Shown: in pieces, positions 19,885-30,076 of the stretch | Layout: each line of letters starts with the position of its first letter | How positions within the stretch are numbered: the first letter of the stretch is position 1 | NCBI GenBank assembly: GCA_963662465.1 | Contig: OY759599.1 | Location: 5,984,001-6,048,000, forward strand | DNA from: Desulfatiglandales bacterium | GTDB taxonomy: Bacteria; Desulfobacterota; DSM-4660; Desulfatiglandales; Desulfatiglandaceae | Reading direction: 5' to 3' | Length of the DNA stretch: 64,000 bases | Notes under the pieces: model-generated | What the model was told of the DNA's origin: nothing | Database searches by the model: none | Seen by the model: only the letters and a program-made list of their open reading frames with translations | Translations under genes and position numbers: made by a program

Positions 19885-20829
19885 ATGAAAGAGGCAAAGG
19901 AATTCTACGAAAGGTTGGAAAGGAAAGGAATCTCACGAAGGGATTTCATGAAGTACTGTGGGGTGGTTACCGCCACCATGGGGCTCTCATCTTCCTTTAT
20001 CCCAAAGGTTGCGGAAGTGTTCGCGGCCCCAAAGCAAAGACCGCCGGTGATATGGCTCCACTTTGCTGAATGCACGGGATGTTCCGAGGCGACCCTTCGT
20101 TCCATGTATCCCTGGATCGATGAACTGGTTCTGGATATACTGGATATTGCCTACCATGAAACCATTATGGCTGCTTCCGGGCGCCAGGCGGAAGATGCGC
20201 TTCATGCTGCCGCCAAAAAGTACAAGGGAAAATATATTTGCGTCGTAGAAGGTGCCATCGCCACCAAATATAACGGGGCTTATGGAAAAATCGCCGGACG
20301 TACATTTCTTGAAGTGGCCAAGGAGATCGTCCCCAATGCCGTCGCCACCATCTGCATCGGAACCTGTTCCTCCTACGGGGGCATCCAGGCGGCAAAACCC
20401 AACCCCGGCGGTTATAAAGGCGTGGGGGAAGCGCTGGGCGTCAAGACCGTCAATATCCCCGGTTGTCCACCCAATCCCATCAACCTGGTAGGCACCATCG
20501 TTAATTACCTTCTTCTCGGCAAACTGCCCGCCCTTGACGATCTGGGCCGCCCCCTCTTTGCCTACGGAAAAACCATACACGATCAATGCCCCAGAAGGTC
20601 CCATTACGAAAACGATGAATTCGTGACGGAATTCGGTTCAAAAGAGGCCCAAATGGGATACTGCCTGTTCAAAATGGGCTGCAAGGGTCCTGAGACCTAC
20701 AATAACTGCCCTACCGCCAAATTCAATGACGGCACCAGCTGGCCCGTGGAAGCGGGCCACCCCTGCATCGGCTGCAGCGAGCCTGACTTCTGGGATAAAA
20801 TGACCCCGTTCTTTGAAGAAACCAGGTAA
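19885..20829 (+). CDS. hydA: Periplasmic [NiFe] hydrogenase small subunit (group 1, Hyn type)
   Basis: Tat SRRDFMK, ECTGCSE, PGCPP, HDQCPRR, GCKGP, GHPCIGC. Confidence 0.95.
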   Translation: MKEAKEFYERLERKGISRRDFMKYCGVVTATMGLSSSFIPKVAEVFAAPKQRPPVIWLHFAECTGCSEATLRSMYPWIDELVLDILDIAYHETIMAASGRQAEDALHAAAKKYKGKYICVVEGAIATKYNGAYGKIAGRTFLEVAKEIVPNAVATICIGTCSSYGGIQAAKPNPGGYKGVGEALGVKTVNIPGCPPNPINLVGTIVNYLLLGKLPALDDLGRPLFAYGKTIHDQCPRRSHYENDEFVTEFGSKEAQMGYCLFKMGCKGPETYNNCPTAKFNDGTSWPVEAGHPCIGCSEPDFWDKMTPFFEETR

Positions 20830-20888
20830 TCGGAATCACAGTCGAATTCGCAATCAAAAAATACTCTTAAGAAAAGAGAGGAGAAAGT

Positions 20889-22535
20889 ATGGGCAAAAGA
20901 ATTATCGTCGATCCGATTACCCGGATAGAGGGGCATTTAAAAATTGAGGTGGAAGTTTCCGGAGGAAAAGTCGTCAATGCCTGGAGTTCCGCGCAAATGT
21001 TCCGGGGCATTGAAATTATATTGCAGGGAAGAGATCCAAGGGATGCACCCCTGTTTGTTCAACGTTCATGCGGCGTTTGCACTTACACCCATTACCTGTC
21101 ATCCATGAGGGCCGTTGAAAACGCCGTAGGCGTGACCATCCCCAAGAATGCCCGTATTGTTCGAAACCTTTTGCACGGCGCACAGTTTCAGCAGGACCAC
21201 ATCACCCATTTTTATCAACTGCATGCCCTGGATTTTGTGGACGTGGTGGATGCCCTCAAAGCAGACCCTCAAAAAACAGCGGCCCTCTCGGCCAACGTCA
21301 GCAATGATCCCCTTGGCGGAACCGCCTATTTCAAGGAAGTTCAGCAAAAAATCAAGACCTTTGTGAACAGTGGGCAATTGGGTCTTTTTGCCAATGGCTA
21401 CTGGGGGAGTTCTGCCTACAAACTGCCGCCGGAAGCCAATCTGATGGCAACGGCCCATTATCTCGAAGCCCTTCGCATCCAGGCCAAAATGGTCCGAATG
21501 CATGCCATTTTCGGCGCCAAAAATCCCCACCTTCAGGCCCTGGCCGTGGGTGGGGTCACCAGCGTTAAAGACCTGACGCCTGACCGTATTGCCGAATTTC
21601 TCTATATCTGGAAAGAGGCTCAGGAATTTGTGCGCAACGTCTATATCCCCGATCTGGTCGCCATTGCATCTTTTTATAAGGACTGGGGAAGCATCGGCGG
21701 CACCTCCAATTTCCTGGCCTGGGGCGATCTGCCCATGTCGGAAAAAGAACCCGAAAGCCTTTTTTTGCCTCGTGGGGTCATCATGAAACGGGACCTCAAA
21801 GGTGTCAAAATGGCTGATCCCAAAAAGGTTACCGAACACATTGATCGCTCCTGGTATGAAGGCAAAGGGGCCAAACATCCCTATAACGGAGAAACCAAAC
21901 CCTATCAGGGCGATCCCAAATACGACACCAATGGCCGGTATTCCTGGTCCAAGGCCCCTCGCTACGAGGACGAAGCCTGTGAAGTGGGTCCCCTGGCGAG
22001 AGTCCTGGTGGCCTATGCCTGGGGCAAAAAGGATTTTCAGGATGTGGTCGACAGCACCTTGAAAAAGCTTAATATTCCGGTGACAGCCCTCTTTTCCACC
22101 CTGGGCCGAACGGCGGCCCGCGGCCTTGAGACTCTCGTCATCGGAAATGCCATGGAAGGCTGGGTCATGGAACTGGTGGAGAACCTGAAATCGGGCGACA
22201 CCGCCACCTGCGCCAAATGGACCATGCCCGACAAAGGCAAAGGGTGCGGATTGAATGATGTGGCCAGAGGCGCTTTGGGGCACTGGATTGAAATTGAAGA
22301 CAAAAAAATTAAGAATTACCAGTATGTGGTGCCATCCACATGGAATCTGGGGCCCAGATGTGAAAAAGGCAAACTGGGACCCGTTGAAGAAGCCCTCATC
22401 GGAACGCCGGTAGCCGATCCCAAAAGACCCCTGGAAATTCTCAGAACCGTCCACTCATTCGATCCCTGCATTGCCTGCGGGGTACATGTCATAGATCCTG
22501 ATTCAAACCAGGTCTATAAAATAAGAGTTGTATAA
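20889..22535 (+). CDS. hydB: [NiFe] hydrogenase large subunit (Cys form, not NiFeSe)
   Basis: DPITRIEGH, RSCGVC, DPCIACGVH plus a cleavable C-terminal tail. Confidence 0.96.
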   Translation: MGKRIIVDPITRIEGHLKIEVEVSGGKVVNAWSSAQMFRGIEIILQGRDPRDAPLFVQRSCGVCTYTHYLSSMRAVENAVGVTIPKNARIVRNLLHGAQFQQDHITHFYQLHALDFVDVVDALKADPQKTAALSANVSNDPLGGTAYFKEVQQKIKTFVNSGQLGLFANGYWGSSAYKLPPEANLMATAHYLEALRIQAKMVRMHAIFGAKNPHLQALAVGGVTSVKDLTPDRIAEFLYIWKEAQEFVRNVYIPDLVAIASFYKDWGSIGGTSNFLAWGDLPMSEKEPESLFLPRGVIMKRDLKGVKMADPKKVTEHIDRSWYEGKGAKHPYNGETKPYQGDPKYDTNGRYSWSKAPRYEDEACEVGPLARVLVAYAWGKKDFQDVVDSTLKKLNIPVTALFSTLGRTAARGLETLVIGNAMEGWVMELVENLKSGDTATCAKWTMPDKGKGCGLNDVARGALGHWIEIEDKKIKNYQYVVPSTWNLGPRCEKGKLGPVEEALIGTPVADPKRPLEILRTVHSFDPCIACGVHVIDPDSNQVYKIRVV

Positions 22536-22552
22536 TGGTCATAAACTGAAAA

Positions 22553-22587
22553 TCTTAACCGCCGCTTCAAAAAGGCGGCGGTTAAGA
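22553..22587 (+). terminator. Stem-loop after the hydrogenase large subunit gene
   Basis: TCTTAACCGCCGC / GCGGCGGTTAAGA 13-bp inverted repeat. Confidence 0.65.
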
Positions 22588-22617
22588 CTTATCGTATTTT
22601 CATTTACATAGCCCTAT

Positions 22618-25365
22618 ATGGCCCAGCACCCCAAAGCATCCGTGCCGGAATCCTGGCTCAAGTTTGTGGTTCACCACCCCTGGTGGGTCATCCTCCCCGT
22701 TGTTCTGTTAACCCTTGTATTTGCCTGGCAAATACCGAATCTTCGATTTGAAACATCCATATACGACTTAACCATTGAGGATCTGCCCCAAACCATCGAA
22801 TACAATGCCTTTAAAAAAGCCTTTGGGTGTGAAGAGATTGTCCTCGTTGTCGCCAGGACCGAAAACATTTTTAATCCGGAAACATTCAGCAGTCTTGACC
22901 GATTGGCCAAAACCTTTGAAAAAATTAAAGGGGTACGGCGAGTCATCAGCCTTCCCGGCATCAAAAAGGCCATGGACATCACCGGAAAATGGACCCTTCC
23001 GGATTTCAAAAAGGAAATCGAACCCGTTACCCTCCTTGAAAAAAATATTATCTCCAAAGACGGTAAAACCACCGTCATATCTCTGATACTGGAAGACACC
23101 AAACAAAAAGATCCCGTCATTGCCGCGATCCAGGACCTGATTGACAAAGAAACAGCCCCTGAGTCCATATACCAGATCGGCATGCCCGTGGTGGCCAGGG
23201 CGTTAACACAGTTTACAGAGCAGGATTTCATAAGACTTCCGCCCATTACCTTTCTCCTCATTGCCCTGGTTCTTTTTCTCCTGTTTCGCAATCTTCGCGG
23301 CGTGTTGATTCCAGCCGGTTCAGTCCTCATTGCACTCATCTGGACATTCGGTCTTATGGCATGGACCGCCATTCCCCTTTCGCTGCTCATCATGATCGTC
23401 CCGATTTTTCTCATTGCCGTAGGCACTGCCTACTGCATGTATATCTTCCCCGAATACGCGTTAGCCCGGCAAACATGTGAAAATCCAAAAGAGGCTTCCT
23501 TTCAATGTTTTGAGCGACTCGGGTTTCCCACTTTCCTGGCCGTGTTCACCACCACCATCGGACTGGGGTCCCTTCTCATCAACAAAATCAGTGAAATCCG
23601 ATTCTTTGCCCTTTTTTCATGCTTCGGCATCCTTGCCATGCTGATCATTTTTCTCACCTTCCTGCCGGCGGTGATGGCGCTTTTGCCCTTCCCCGAAAAA
23701 TCCCACAAAGCTGAACCATCGGGAAAAGAAACCCTGCTGGATCGCCTTCTGTCGGGCATTATCCGGGTGAACCTTCATCACCGGAAAGTTGCGCTGGGGC
23801 TGATCGGGTTAATCTCTCTCCTGGGAATCCTTGGAATCTTACAGGTGCAGGTTGAGACCAACCCCATGGACTTTTTCAAGGAGAACACGCCCATTGCACG
23901 CCACTTTAAAGACATCTACCGGGATATGGCCGGCAGCTTTCCCATCAATGTTGTTATCGACAGCCATCAGGATGATTTTTTTGAAAAACCGGAACACCTG
24001 AAACAAATTGCCAGGCTGCAGAAATTTTTCGCCACCCTGGCGGGGGTGGATAAAACCATCTCCTTTTGCGATTACCTTAAACTGGTCAATTACGCCACCA
24101 ACCAGCATCAAGACGAATTCCATGCGCTGCCGGAAGAGGCCTTCGAGGTTCGCATGCTCATCAACAACTTCAAAACCATGCTGGGCCTTGACATGCTGAC
24201 GCGATTCATAAACGAAAATTTTTCAAGGATCAACATCATCTTAAGAACCCATATTTCCAGTTCCAATGATTTTCTGAACACCCAGAAAAAAATTGAAGCC
24301 TACCTGAATAAAAATATGCCGCCAACATTCTCCTTTCAAGTCACCGGGATCGGCGTCGTGATTTCTCACAGCAGCCGCCTTATCACCGAAGGACAGCTGA
24401 AAAGCCTGTGCATGACTCTCGTGCTGGTGTTTGCCATCATGTTTTTATTGTTCATGTCCTTCAAGGTTGGCATTATCGGCATCCTTCCCAACTGCTTTCC
24501 GATTATTGTCGCCTTTGGCGTCATGGGTTGGGCGGGAATCCCCCTATCCATGGCAACAAGCCTCATTGCCGGCGTTGCCGTCGGTCTGGCGGTAGATGAC
24601 ACCATTCATTATCTGGTTAGCTATAACCATGAATTTAAAAAAGATCTGAACAAGGAACACGCCCTTCAAAATACCATTCGACATATGGGAAAACCCATCA
24701 TCTTCACCACCGTAACCATCAGCCTGGGGTTTTCCATACTCATGTTTTCCAGCTTCAAACCGACGGCCGTTTTTGGTCTTATGATGGTGATTACAATGGT
24801 TTCCGCCCTGGTGGCGGATCTCATTCTCTTGCCCTCCTTGATGCTACATGTGGAACTGGTCACCATCTGGGATCTGCTCCGGTTGAAGCTGGGCAAGGAT
24901 CCCCAGGAAGGAATACCGCTTTTCAAAGGACTTTCCCGCACCCAGGTCCATTATATATTGATGACCGGCAACCTGAAAACCTATGAAGCGGGTGGGGTAG
25001 TCATGACCAAGGGGGAAGTCAGCGACTCCATGTATGCCATCATTTCAGGGAAGTTGGAGGTACTGGGGGGCGCCGATCAAGATATAAACGGTATCATCCG
25101 CCCGAGGAAAGTCATCGCAACGCTTGAGACCGGCAACGTGGTGGGAGAGATGGGCATGATCCGATCCTGCGAAAGATCCGCAACCGTTGTGGCTGCTTCC
25201 CCCTCGGAACTCCTTCAAATCAATGAAAGGATGGTGAAACGACTTCAGTGGCTCTACCCCCCAACAGCTCACCGGTTTTTTTTCAATCTGATGACCATTT
25301 TATGTGATCGATTGCAGAATCTGACGGAATGCTATCTGAAAGAAACCGACAGTGATGCGCATTAA
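22618..25365 (+). CDS. MMPL/RND-family membrane transporter fused to a C-terminal cyclic-nucleotide-binding domain
   Basis: Two MMPL halves (GLAVDDTIH) and a cNMP motif GEMGMIRSCERSATV. Confidence 0.87.
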   Translation: MAQHPKASVPESWLKFVVHHPWWVILPVVLLTLVFAWQIPNLRFETSIYDLTIEDLPQTIEYNAFKKAFGCEEIVLVVARTENIFNPETFSSLDRLAKTFEKIKGVRRVISLPGIKKAMDITGKWTLPDFKKEIEPVTLLEKNIISKDGKTTVISLILEDTKQKDPVIAAIQDLIDKETAPESIYQIGMPVVARALTQFTEQDFIRLPPITFLLIALVLFLLFRNLRGVLIPAGSVLIALIWTFGLMAWTAIPLSLLIMIVPIFLIAVGTAYCMYIFPEYALARQTCENPKEASFQCFERLGFPTFLAVFTTTIGLGSLLINKISEIRFFALFSCFGILAMLIIFLTFLPAVMALLPFPEKSHKAEPSGKETLLDRLLSGIIRVNLHHRKVALGLIGLISLLGILGILQVQVETNPMDFFKENTPIARHFKDIYRDMAGSFPINVVIDSHQDDFFEKPEHLKQIARLQKFFATLAGVDKTISFCDYLKLVNYATNQHQDEFHALPEEAFEVRMLINNFKTMLGLDMLTRFINENFSRINIILRTHISSSNDFLNTQKKIEAYLNKNMPPTFSFQVTGIGVVISHSSRLITEGQLKSLCMTLVLVFAIMFLLFMSFKVGIIGILPNCFPIIVAFGVMGWAGIPLSMATSLIAGVAVGLAVDDTIHYLVSYNHEFKKDLNKEHALQNTIRHMGKPIIFTTVTISLGFSILMFSSFKPTAVFGLMMVITMVSALVADLILLPSLMLHVELVTIWDLLRLKLGKDPQEGIPLFKGLSRTQVHYILMTGNLKTYEAGGVVMTKGEVSDSMYAIISGKLEVLGGADQDINGIIRPRKVIATLETGNVVGEMGMIRSCERSATVVAASPSELLQINERMVKRLQWLYPPTAHRFFFNLMTILCDRLQNLTECYLKETDSDAH

Positions 25366-25479
25366 AGCATAAAATTCTTGAATGATCGTCATGATAACGA
25401 CTATACTGAGTTGCTCTAAACTTTGCGCTTATACATATTCTTACCACAAAGACACAGAAGGGGAAAAACATTTAAATTC

Positions 25480-25634
25480 GGTTCATCGCGGATTAACGTG
25501 AAATCGCGCTTTGAGATTGTTTCGGTTCGGGCTGTAGGTGCGACTTCAGTCGCACAGGGTCGGCTTAATGTGCGACTGAAGTCGCACCTACAATCGGCTC
25601 AGAAGCCAAATCTCACGCGAATCCACGATGAGCC
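25480..25634. mobile_element. 155-bp MITE-like element enclosing a REP doublet
   Basis: 25-bp terminal inverted repeats (20/25 match), flanking 8-bp direct repeat TTAAATTC, internal perfect 24-bp inverted repeat 25533-25556/25569-25592. Confidence 0.75.
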
Positions 25635-25667
25635 TTAAATTCAAACCGGAATCGCATCAATTTTTGG

Positions 25668-26222
25668 GTGAACTCAATGGAAGAAAAAAAGATCACCATC
25701 ATGGGTGTCGGCAATATCCTTTTTACGGATGAAGGCGTCGGTATTCGAGTTCTTGAAGCACTGAACAAACAATATGATTTCCCGCCCAATGTGACAATGG
25801 TCGATGGCGGGGTTCTCGGCATGAACCTGCTGGGGACGATTTCAGAAGCCGATTATCTGATTGTGATCGATGCGGTTCGAAATGGCGGGGAACCTGGTAC
25901 ACTCTACCGTCTTGAGGGCGAAGAAATTCCACAGCGGGTGCTGGCCAAGAATTCCCTTCACCAGGTGGATCTCCTTGAGGCACTTACTTTCTGCCAGGCA
26001 CTGGATAAACAACCTGAAACCCTGATTATCGGAGTCGAACCCGAGGATATCAAAACCGTGGGACTGGCGTTAACAACCCCCGTGGCCGAAAAAGTCCAAC
26101 CCATGATAACAATGGTTCTTTCGGAGCTTACACGGCTTGGGGCTTTTGCTTCCCGGCGTGATCTTTCTAAACCCTTCATCCAAACCGAAGACAAACTATC
26201 CGCCGGTATTCCTTCATTGTAA
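25668..26222 (+). CDS. hyaD: Hydrogenase maturation endopeptidase (HyaD/HybD family); start may be 25677
   Basis: GVGNILFTDEGVG, DGG, IDAV, SLHQ. Confidence 0.93.
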   Translation: MNSMEEKKITIMGVGNILFTDEGVGIRVLEALNKQYDFPPNVTMVDGGVLGMNLLGTISEADYLIVIDAVRNGGEPGTLYRLEGEEIPQRVLAKNSLHQVDLLEALTFCQALDKQPETLIIGVEPEDIKTVGLALTTPVAEKVQPMITMVLSELTRLGAFASRRDLSKPFIQTEDKLSAGIPSL

Positions 26223-26241
26223 ACCAAAGAGAGAAAAAATT

Positions 26242-26475
26242 ATGTGTCTTGCCATACCCGCAAAAGTCATTCACATCACCGACCACATGGGCACGGTCGA
26301 TATGGACGGTACACAGAGGGACGTCAGTCTCCTTCTGCTGTCGGACGCACAAATCGGCAACTATGTCATTGTCCATGCCGGTTTTGCCATTCATCGCATC
26401 AATGAGGCGGAAGCCCAGGCCTCATTAAAACTGTTGCGCGAAATGGCTGCCTTGCCGGAGGCGCGGAAAACATGA
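26242..26475 (+). CDS. hypC: Hydrogenase chaperone HypC
   Basis: MCLAIP N-terminus, VIVHAGFAI. Confidence 0.95.
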   Translation: MCLAIPAKVIHITDHMGTVDMDGTQRDVSLLLLSDAQIGNYVIVHAGFAIHRINEAEAQASLKLLREMAALPEARKT

Positions 26476-26658
26476 CTTCAGTGGAATCATTTCAATTTTC
26501 CACATTTTCAAAGAGCAAACAGGAATCGCCCTCTCGGAATCCCTTGACACAGACTATTTTCTTCCACTATACTTTTTGTGATCTGTTTGACTTTAAATTC
26601 AGTCATAGATGGAAGATCAAATCAACATAACTTACACAAGAAAGGAGGTGAAACCCAA

Positions 26659-27057
26659 ATGACCAAAAGGTTCTACATACTTTTAACCGCTATCTTTACC
26701 TGTCTACTCTTTGTTTCCGTGGGTGTGCTGGTTGCGGCGGATGTTCCCGAAACCGTCACCATTGAAGGGAAAGACTACGCAAAGGACAAGAAAGGCCCGG
26801 TAGAGTTCCATCACCAAAAGCATGTAAGCGATTATAAGTTAGCCTGCACCGATTGCCACCATGTGTACAAGGACGGTAAGAACGTGTGGAAAGAAGGCGA
26901 CAAAGTTCAGAAATGCAGTGAATGCCATGATCCTGCCGAAAAACAGGGGGACGTTATGAAACTGCAAAACGCTTACCACCGGAACTGCAAGAATTGCCAT
27001 AAGGAAAAGGGAAAAGGTCCTTTCAAAAAATGTAACGATTGCCACGCCAAGAAGTAG
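26659..27057 (+). CDS. Tetraheme cytochrome c3
   Basis: AGGAGG RBS, signal peptide, PVEFHHQKH, four CxxCH. Confidence 0.93.
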   Translation: MTKRFYILLTAIFTCLLFVSVGVLVAADVPETVTIEGKDYAKDKKGPVEFHHQKHVSDYKLACTDCHHVYKDGKNVWKEGDKVQKCSECHDPAEKQGDVMKLQNAYHRNCKNCHKEKGKGPFKKCNDCHAKK

Positions 27058-27270
27058 GTGCGAAAACCCTTACATGCATCAGCTTCTTTACAGTTCATAG
27101 CCGTCTTCCCCCATAAAAAAAGGAAGACGGCTTTTTTCATTTGGTTTTGATTGGAGAAAAGAGAAGATAAGCCTCAGCTGCGATTCACCCAAGAAAATCT
27201 GGTAGTGGTTAGGGGTTTCATGCTGCTTTTTTTTGTTGGTCCCTCTTTCGGAAAATAACAGCCATCTAAC

Positions 27271-27326
27271 AAAAGAAGCGCTGCGGTTTGTTGGAAAAGT
27301 TCCCTTCAAACCACAGCGCTTCTTTT
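27271..27326. terminator. Terminator between convergent cytochrome c3 and ferredoxin genes (second hairpin at 27099-27137)
   Basis: AAAAGAAGCGCTG...CAGCGCTTCTTTT; AGCCGTCTTCC/GGAAGACGGCT plus T-run. Confidence 0.7.
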
Positions 27327-27346
27327 AATTGAAACAAATAATTCTT

Positions 27347-27535
27347 TTAGACTTCGGTTACCGTAATGGCTTCATGCTCACACACTTCAATACAGCTCTC
27401 ACAACCCAGACACTCTTCCGCGTTTACGGGATCCGATTTTCCATCCACCATCTCGTAGACATCGACGGGACAGACCTCAACACACTCTTCACAACCTTCA
27501 CATTTGTCTTTATCAACAACTACTTCATAACCCAT
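27347..27535 (-). CDS. 2[4Fe-4S] ferredoxin
   Basis: CEGCEECVEVCP and CLGCESCIEVC; AGGAGG RBS. Confidence 0.93.
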   Translation of the reverse strand: MGYEVVVDKDKCEGCEECVEVCPVDVYEMVDGKSDPVNAEECLGCESCIEVCEHEAITVTEV

Positions 27536-27708
27536 CTGACGTAACCTCCTGATTTATGTTGAAACACCTTGCATATAAAGAAAAATATTGAAACTTTCAC
27601 CAATCGCGGCTTACCTAACAGAGTAAGTTCTTTGTGTCAAGTCTTTTCATCTCACAACCCTTTTTACCAACCCACCCGAATGGTACGCCGCGAATTGAAC
27701 CCTTACTT

Positions 27709-28866
27709 TTATGCCGCCGCTTCCTCTTTAATTGACACGGCAATCTTATACAAAATCGTCAACACAAAGAATCCAGCCGCCAGCACGCCAATCGTAATTA
27801 ATACCTCCAACGTCGTCGGCCAATAAGGCGTCACGGTTTCAAAACAGTTTGGCGTAAAGCCGCCGATGATCAACCCGAGCCCCTTATCAATCCAGGTGGC
27901 GATAATCACCGACACACATGCCACCGCCAAGGTATCTTCCTTGCGCCTTGTTGCCGGGACGATCAACAGAACCAGCGCCACCACGGCAAAACCGGTCGCA
28001 GTCCACATCCAGGGAGCCAATTTTCCATATCCGTCCAAGCCATGAAAAAGATACTCAAACGCATGCATATGCCCCGGGATCTGACTGTAAAAAGCCGTAA
28101 ATAACTCAAGCAGATAGAAAAATACATTGATAATCATGGCGTAGGCGATAATGCCGCCCAACGTTCGAATTTGCTCCTTTCCGGGATCAAATTTGGAAAC
28201 CTTCTTGACGATCAGGCACAATAGCACCAGTAACGCGGGTCCCGCACAAAACGCAGAGGAAAGAAACCTGGCGGCCATGATGGCGCTCAGCCAGAAATGC
28301 CTTCCCGGAAGGCCGGCATACAGAAAGGCCGTCACCGTATGAATCGTAAAAGCCCAGGGAATGGAAACATAGGCCAAAACCTTGACCCACTTCTGATACT
28401 TGATTCCTTTTCTCTCAGCAGCCAAAACGTTCCACCCCACCACAATATTCAGCAGGAGATAAACGTTGAGGACAATCATATCCCAGAACAGGATCGAATT
28501 GGGAGTGGGGTAAAGAATAACATTCATGATGCGAACCGGATTGCCAAGGTCCACAAATACAAACAGAAGACACATGAGAATGGCGGCAATGGCCAGAAAT
28601 TCACCCAGGATGGTAATCCTGCCAAAAGCTTTATAATCATGTAGATAATAGGGTAGCACTACCATCACACCCCCGGCGGCGATACCCACGAAATAGGTAA
28701 GCTGTCCGATATAGAGCCCCCATGATACGTCTCTGCTCAAGCCCGTAATTCGCAGGCCTTCAAAATACTGATAGATGTAACATCCGGCACCTATCCCGAT
28801 CAAAGCCAGCAGAAAAATGAGCCATGCCCAATAGCCTGTCGTTCCCTTTATCGCTCTGTCAAGCAT
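27709..28866 (-). CDS. dsrP: DsrP, NrfD-family membrane subunit
   Basis: ITGLSRDVSWGLYI, IHTVTAFL; operon position. Confidence 0.93.
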   Translation of the reverse strand: MLDRAIKGTTGYWAWLIFLLALIGIGAGCYIYQYFEGLRITGLSRDVSWGLYIGQLTYFVGIAAGGVMVVLPYYLHDYKAFGRITILGEFLAIAAILMCLLFVFVDLGNPVRIMNVILYPTPNSILFWDMIVLNVYLLLNIVVGWNVLAAERKGIKYQKWVKVLAYVSIPWAFTIHTVTAFLYAGLPGRHFWLSAIMAARFLSSAFCAGPALLVLLCLIVKKVSKFDPGKEQIRTLGGIIAYAMIINVFFYLLELFTAFYSQIPGHMHAFEYLFHGLDGYGKLAPWMWTATGFAVVALVLLIVPATRRKEDTLAVACVSVIIATWIDKGLGLIIGGFTPNCFETVTPYWPTTLEVLITIGVLAAGFFVLTILYKIAVSIKEEAAA

Positions 28867-28874
28867 AACCTACC

Positions 28875-29690
28875 TCATATAATATAAAATACGTTTGGTC
28901 CGGTACCCAAAGCGGGTTTTCTTCTCACAGAATAGTGGTCCCGGAGCAATTTTCTAACGTTGGATTCAGGATTTGCGAGATCTCCAAAATGCAACGCACT
29001 GACTTTAATTTTATCACAGGCCTGCACGCATGCGGGAAGCTCTCCCTTGGTCACCAGTTCGGTACAGAAGTTACACTTTTCAACAACGCCCTTTGATCTT
29101 TCCGGATAAGCCTTATTGGTGGGAAAATCAGGATTCAGTTTTTTCGGAGCCTTCCTGGGATTTCCCCAGTTAAAGCTTCTGGAACCATAAGGACACGCCG
29201 CCATGCAGAACCTGCAGCCGATACAGCGATGCATATCCATGGCAACAATGCCATCCTCTTCCCGCTTGAATGTTGCCTGGGTGGGACACACCCGAACGCA
29301 GGGAGGATTGAAGCAGTGGTTGCACATGAGGATAAACGGTTTGCCTTCAACACGCTCATCGATGAATTCGTTGGGATGATCCGGAAACACATGCTCGTAC
29401 TCATCCTGCCAGATCCACTTAATGGCATGTTGAGGCTCTCCCCAGTCCGGTACGTTGTGTTCCCGATGACAGGCCACCATACAGTCTTTGCAGGCCTTTT
29501 TTTCCTGCTGGGCCAAACATTTCCGCATATCGATGACCATGGCCCACCGTTTCCCCTGGGTCAGCGGGATGCCTGCCGTAGAGGCTTCCAATTTCCCTGG
29601 GGCGAGGATATCAATAGCCGCTGCTCCCCCGAGACCGAACAGGGTGGCGTAGCCGGCGATTTTCAGGAATTCTCTTCTGTCTACCCCCAT
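28875..29690 (-). CDS. dsrO: DsrO, periplasmic Fe-S subunit
   Basis: Tat DRREFLK, CNHCFNPPCVRVCP, CIGCRFCMAACP. Confidence 0.93.
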   Translation of the reverse strand: MGVDRREFLKIAGYATLFGLGGAAAIDILAPGKLEASTAGIPLTQGKRWAMVIDMRKCLAQQEKKACKDCMVACHREHNVPDWGEPQHAIKWIWQDEYEHVFPDHPNEFIDERVEGKPFILMCNHCFNPPCVRVCPTQATFKREEDGIVAMDMHRCIGCRFCMAACPYGSRSFNWGNPRKAPKKLNPDFPTNKAYPERSKGVVEKCNFCTELVTKGELPACVQACDKIKVSALHFGDLANPESNVRKLLRDHYSVRRKPALGTGPNVFYII

Positions 29691-30076
29691 TACTTTTTCT
29701 CCTCCGGCGCGATATGACAATCCCAGCAATAAGGATTAACGCTCAAATAGTTGTGACATTGATCACAGAATTTGGTTTTGTCGGAATGGCAATCCATACA
29801 GGTCACTTGCAGGCTCTTATAATAAACTTTGCCGTCGGCAGCCTTGTAATAACGTTCACCGTCCCTCACAGCTGTATGCCGCCATTCATCCAGCATGGTA
29901 AAATGTGATTCTCGCATATACTCTTTCGGCGCCACACACACTTTTGCTTCCTTGGCTTTTTCCGTCAGCTGCGGGTCCGGCGCCTTTGCGGCAGTCCCCG
30001 CATTGTAAATAAAAGGCGAAAGAAACAGACCGATACCAATGATCAGGCCAACAATAATCTTGCCTCCATCATACAT
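29690..30076 (-). CDS. dsrJ: DsrJ triheme cytochrome c
   Basis: MYDGGKII, CV...MRESH, CMDCH, CDQCH, CWDCH. Confidence 0.93.
   Translation of the reverse strand: MYDGGKIIVGLIIGIGLFLSPFIYNAGTAAKAPDPQLTEKAKEAKVCVAPKEYMRESHFTMLDEWRHTAVRDGERYYKAADGKVYYKSLQVTCMDCHSDKTKFCDQCHNYLSVNPYCWDCHIAPEEKK

Noticed and set aside
21099..22454. 451-aa minus-strand ORF
   Set aside because: Antisense to the hydrogenase large subunit, with no recognisable motifs.
20889..22535. Possible [NiFeSe] hydrogenase
   Set aside because: The C-terminal motif is DPCIAC with Cys codons and there is no in-frame UGA.
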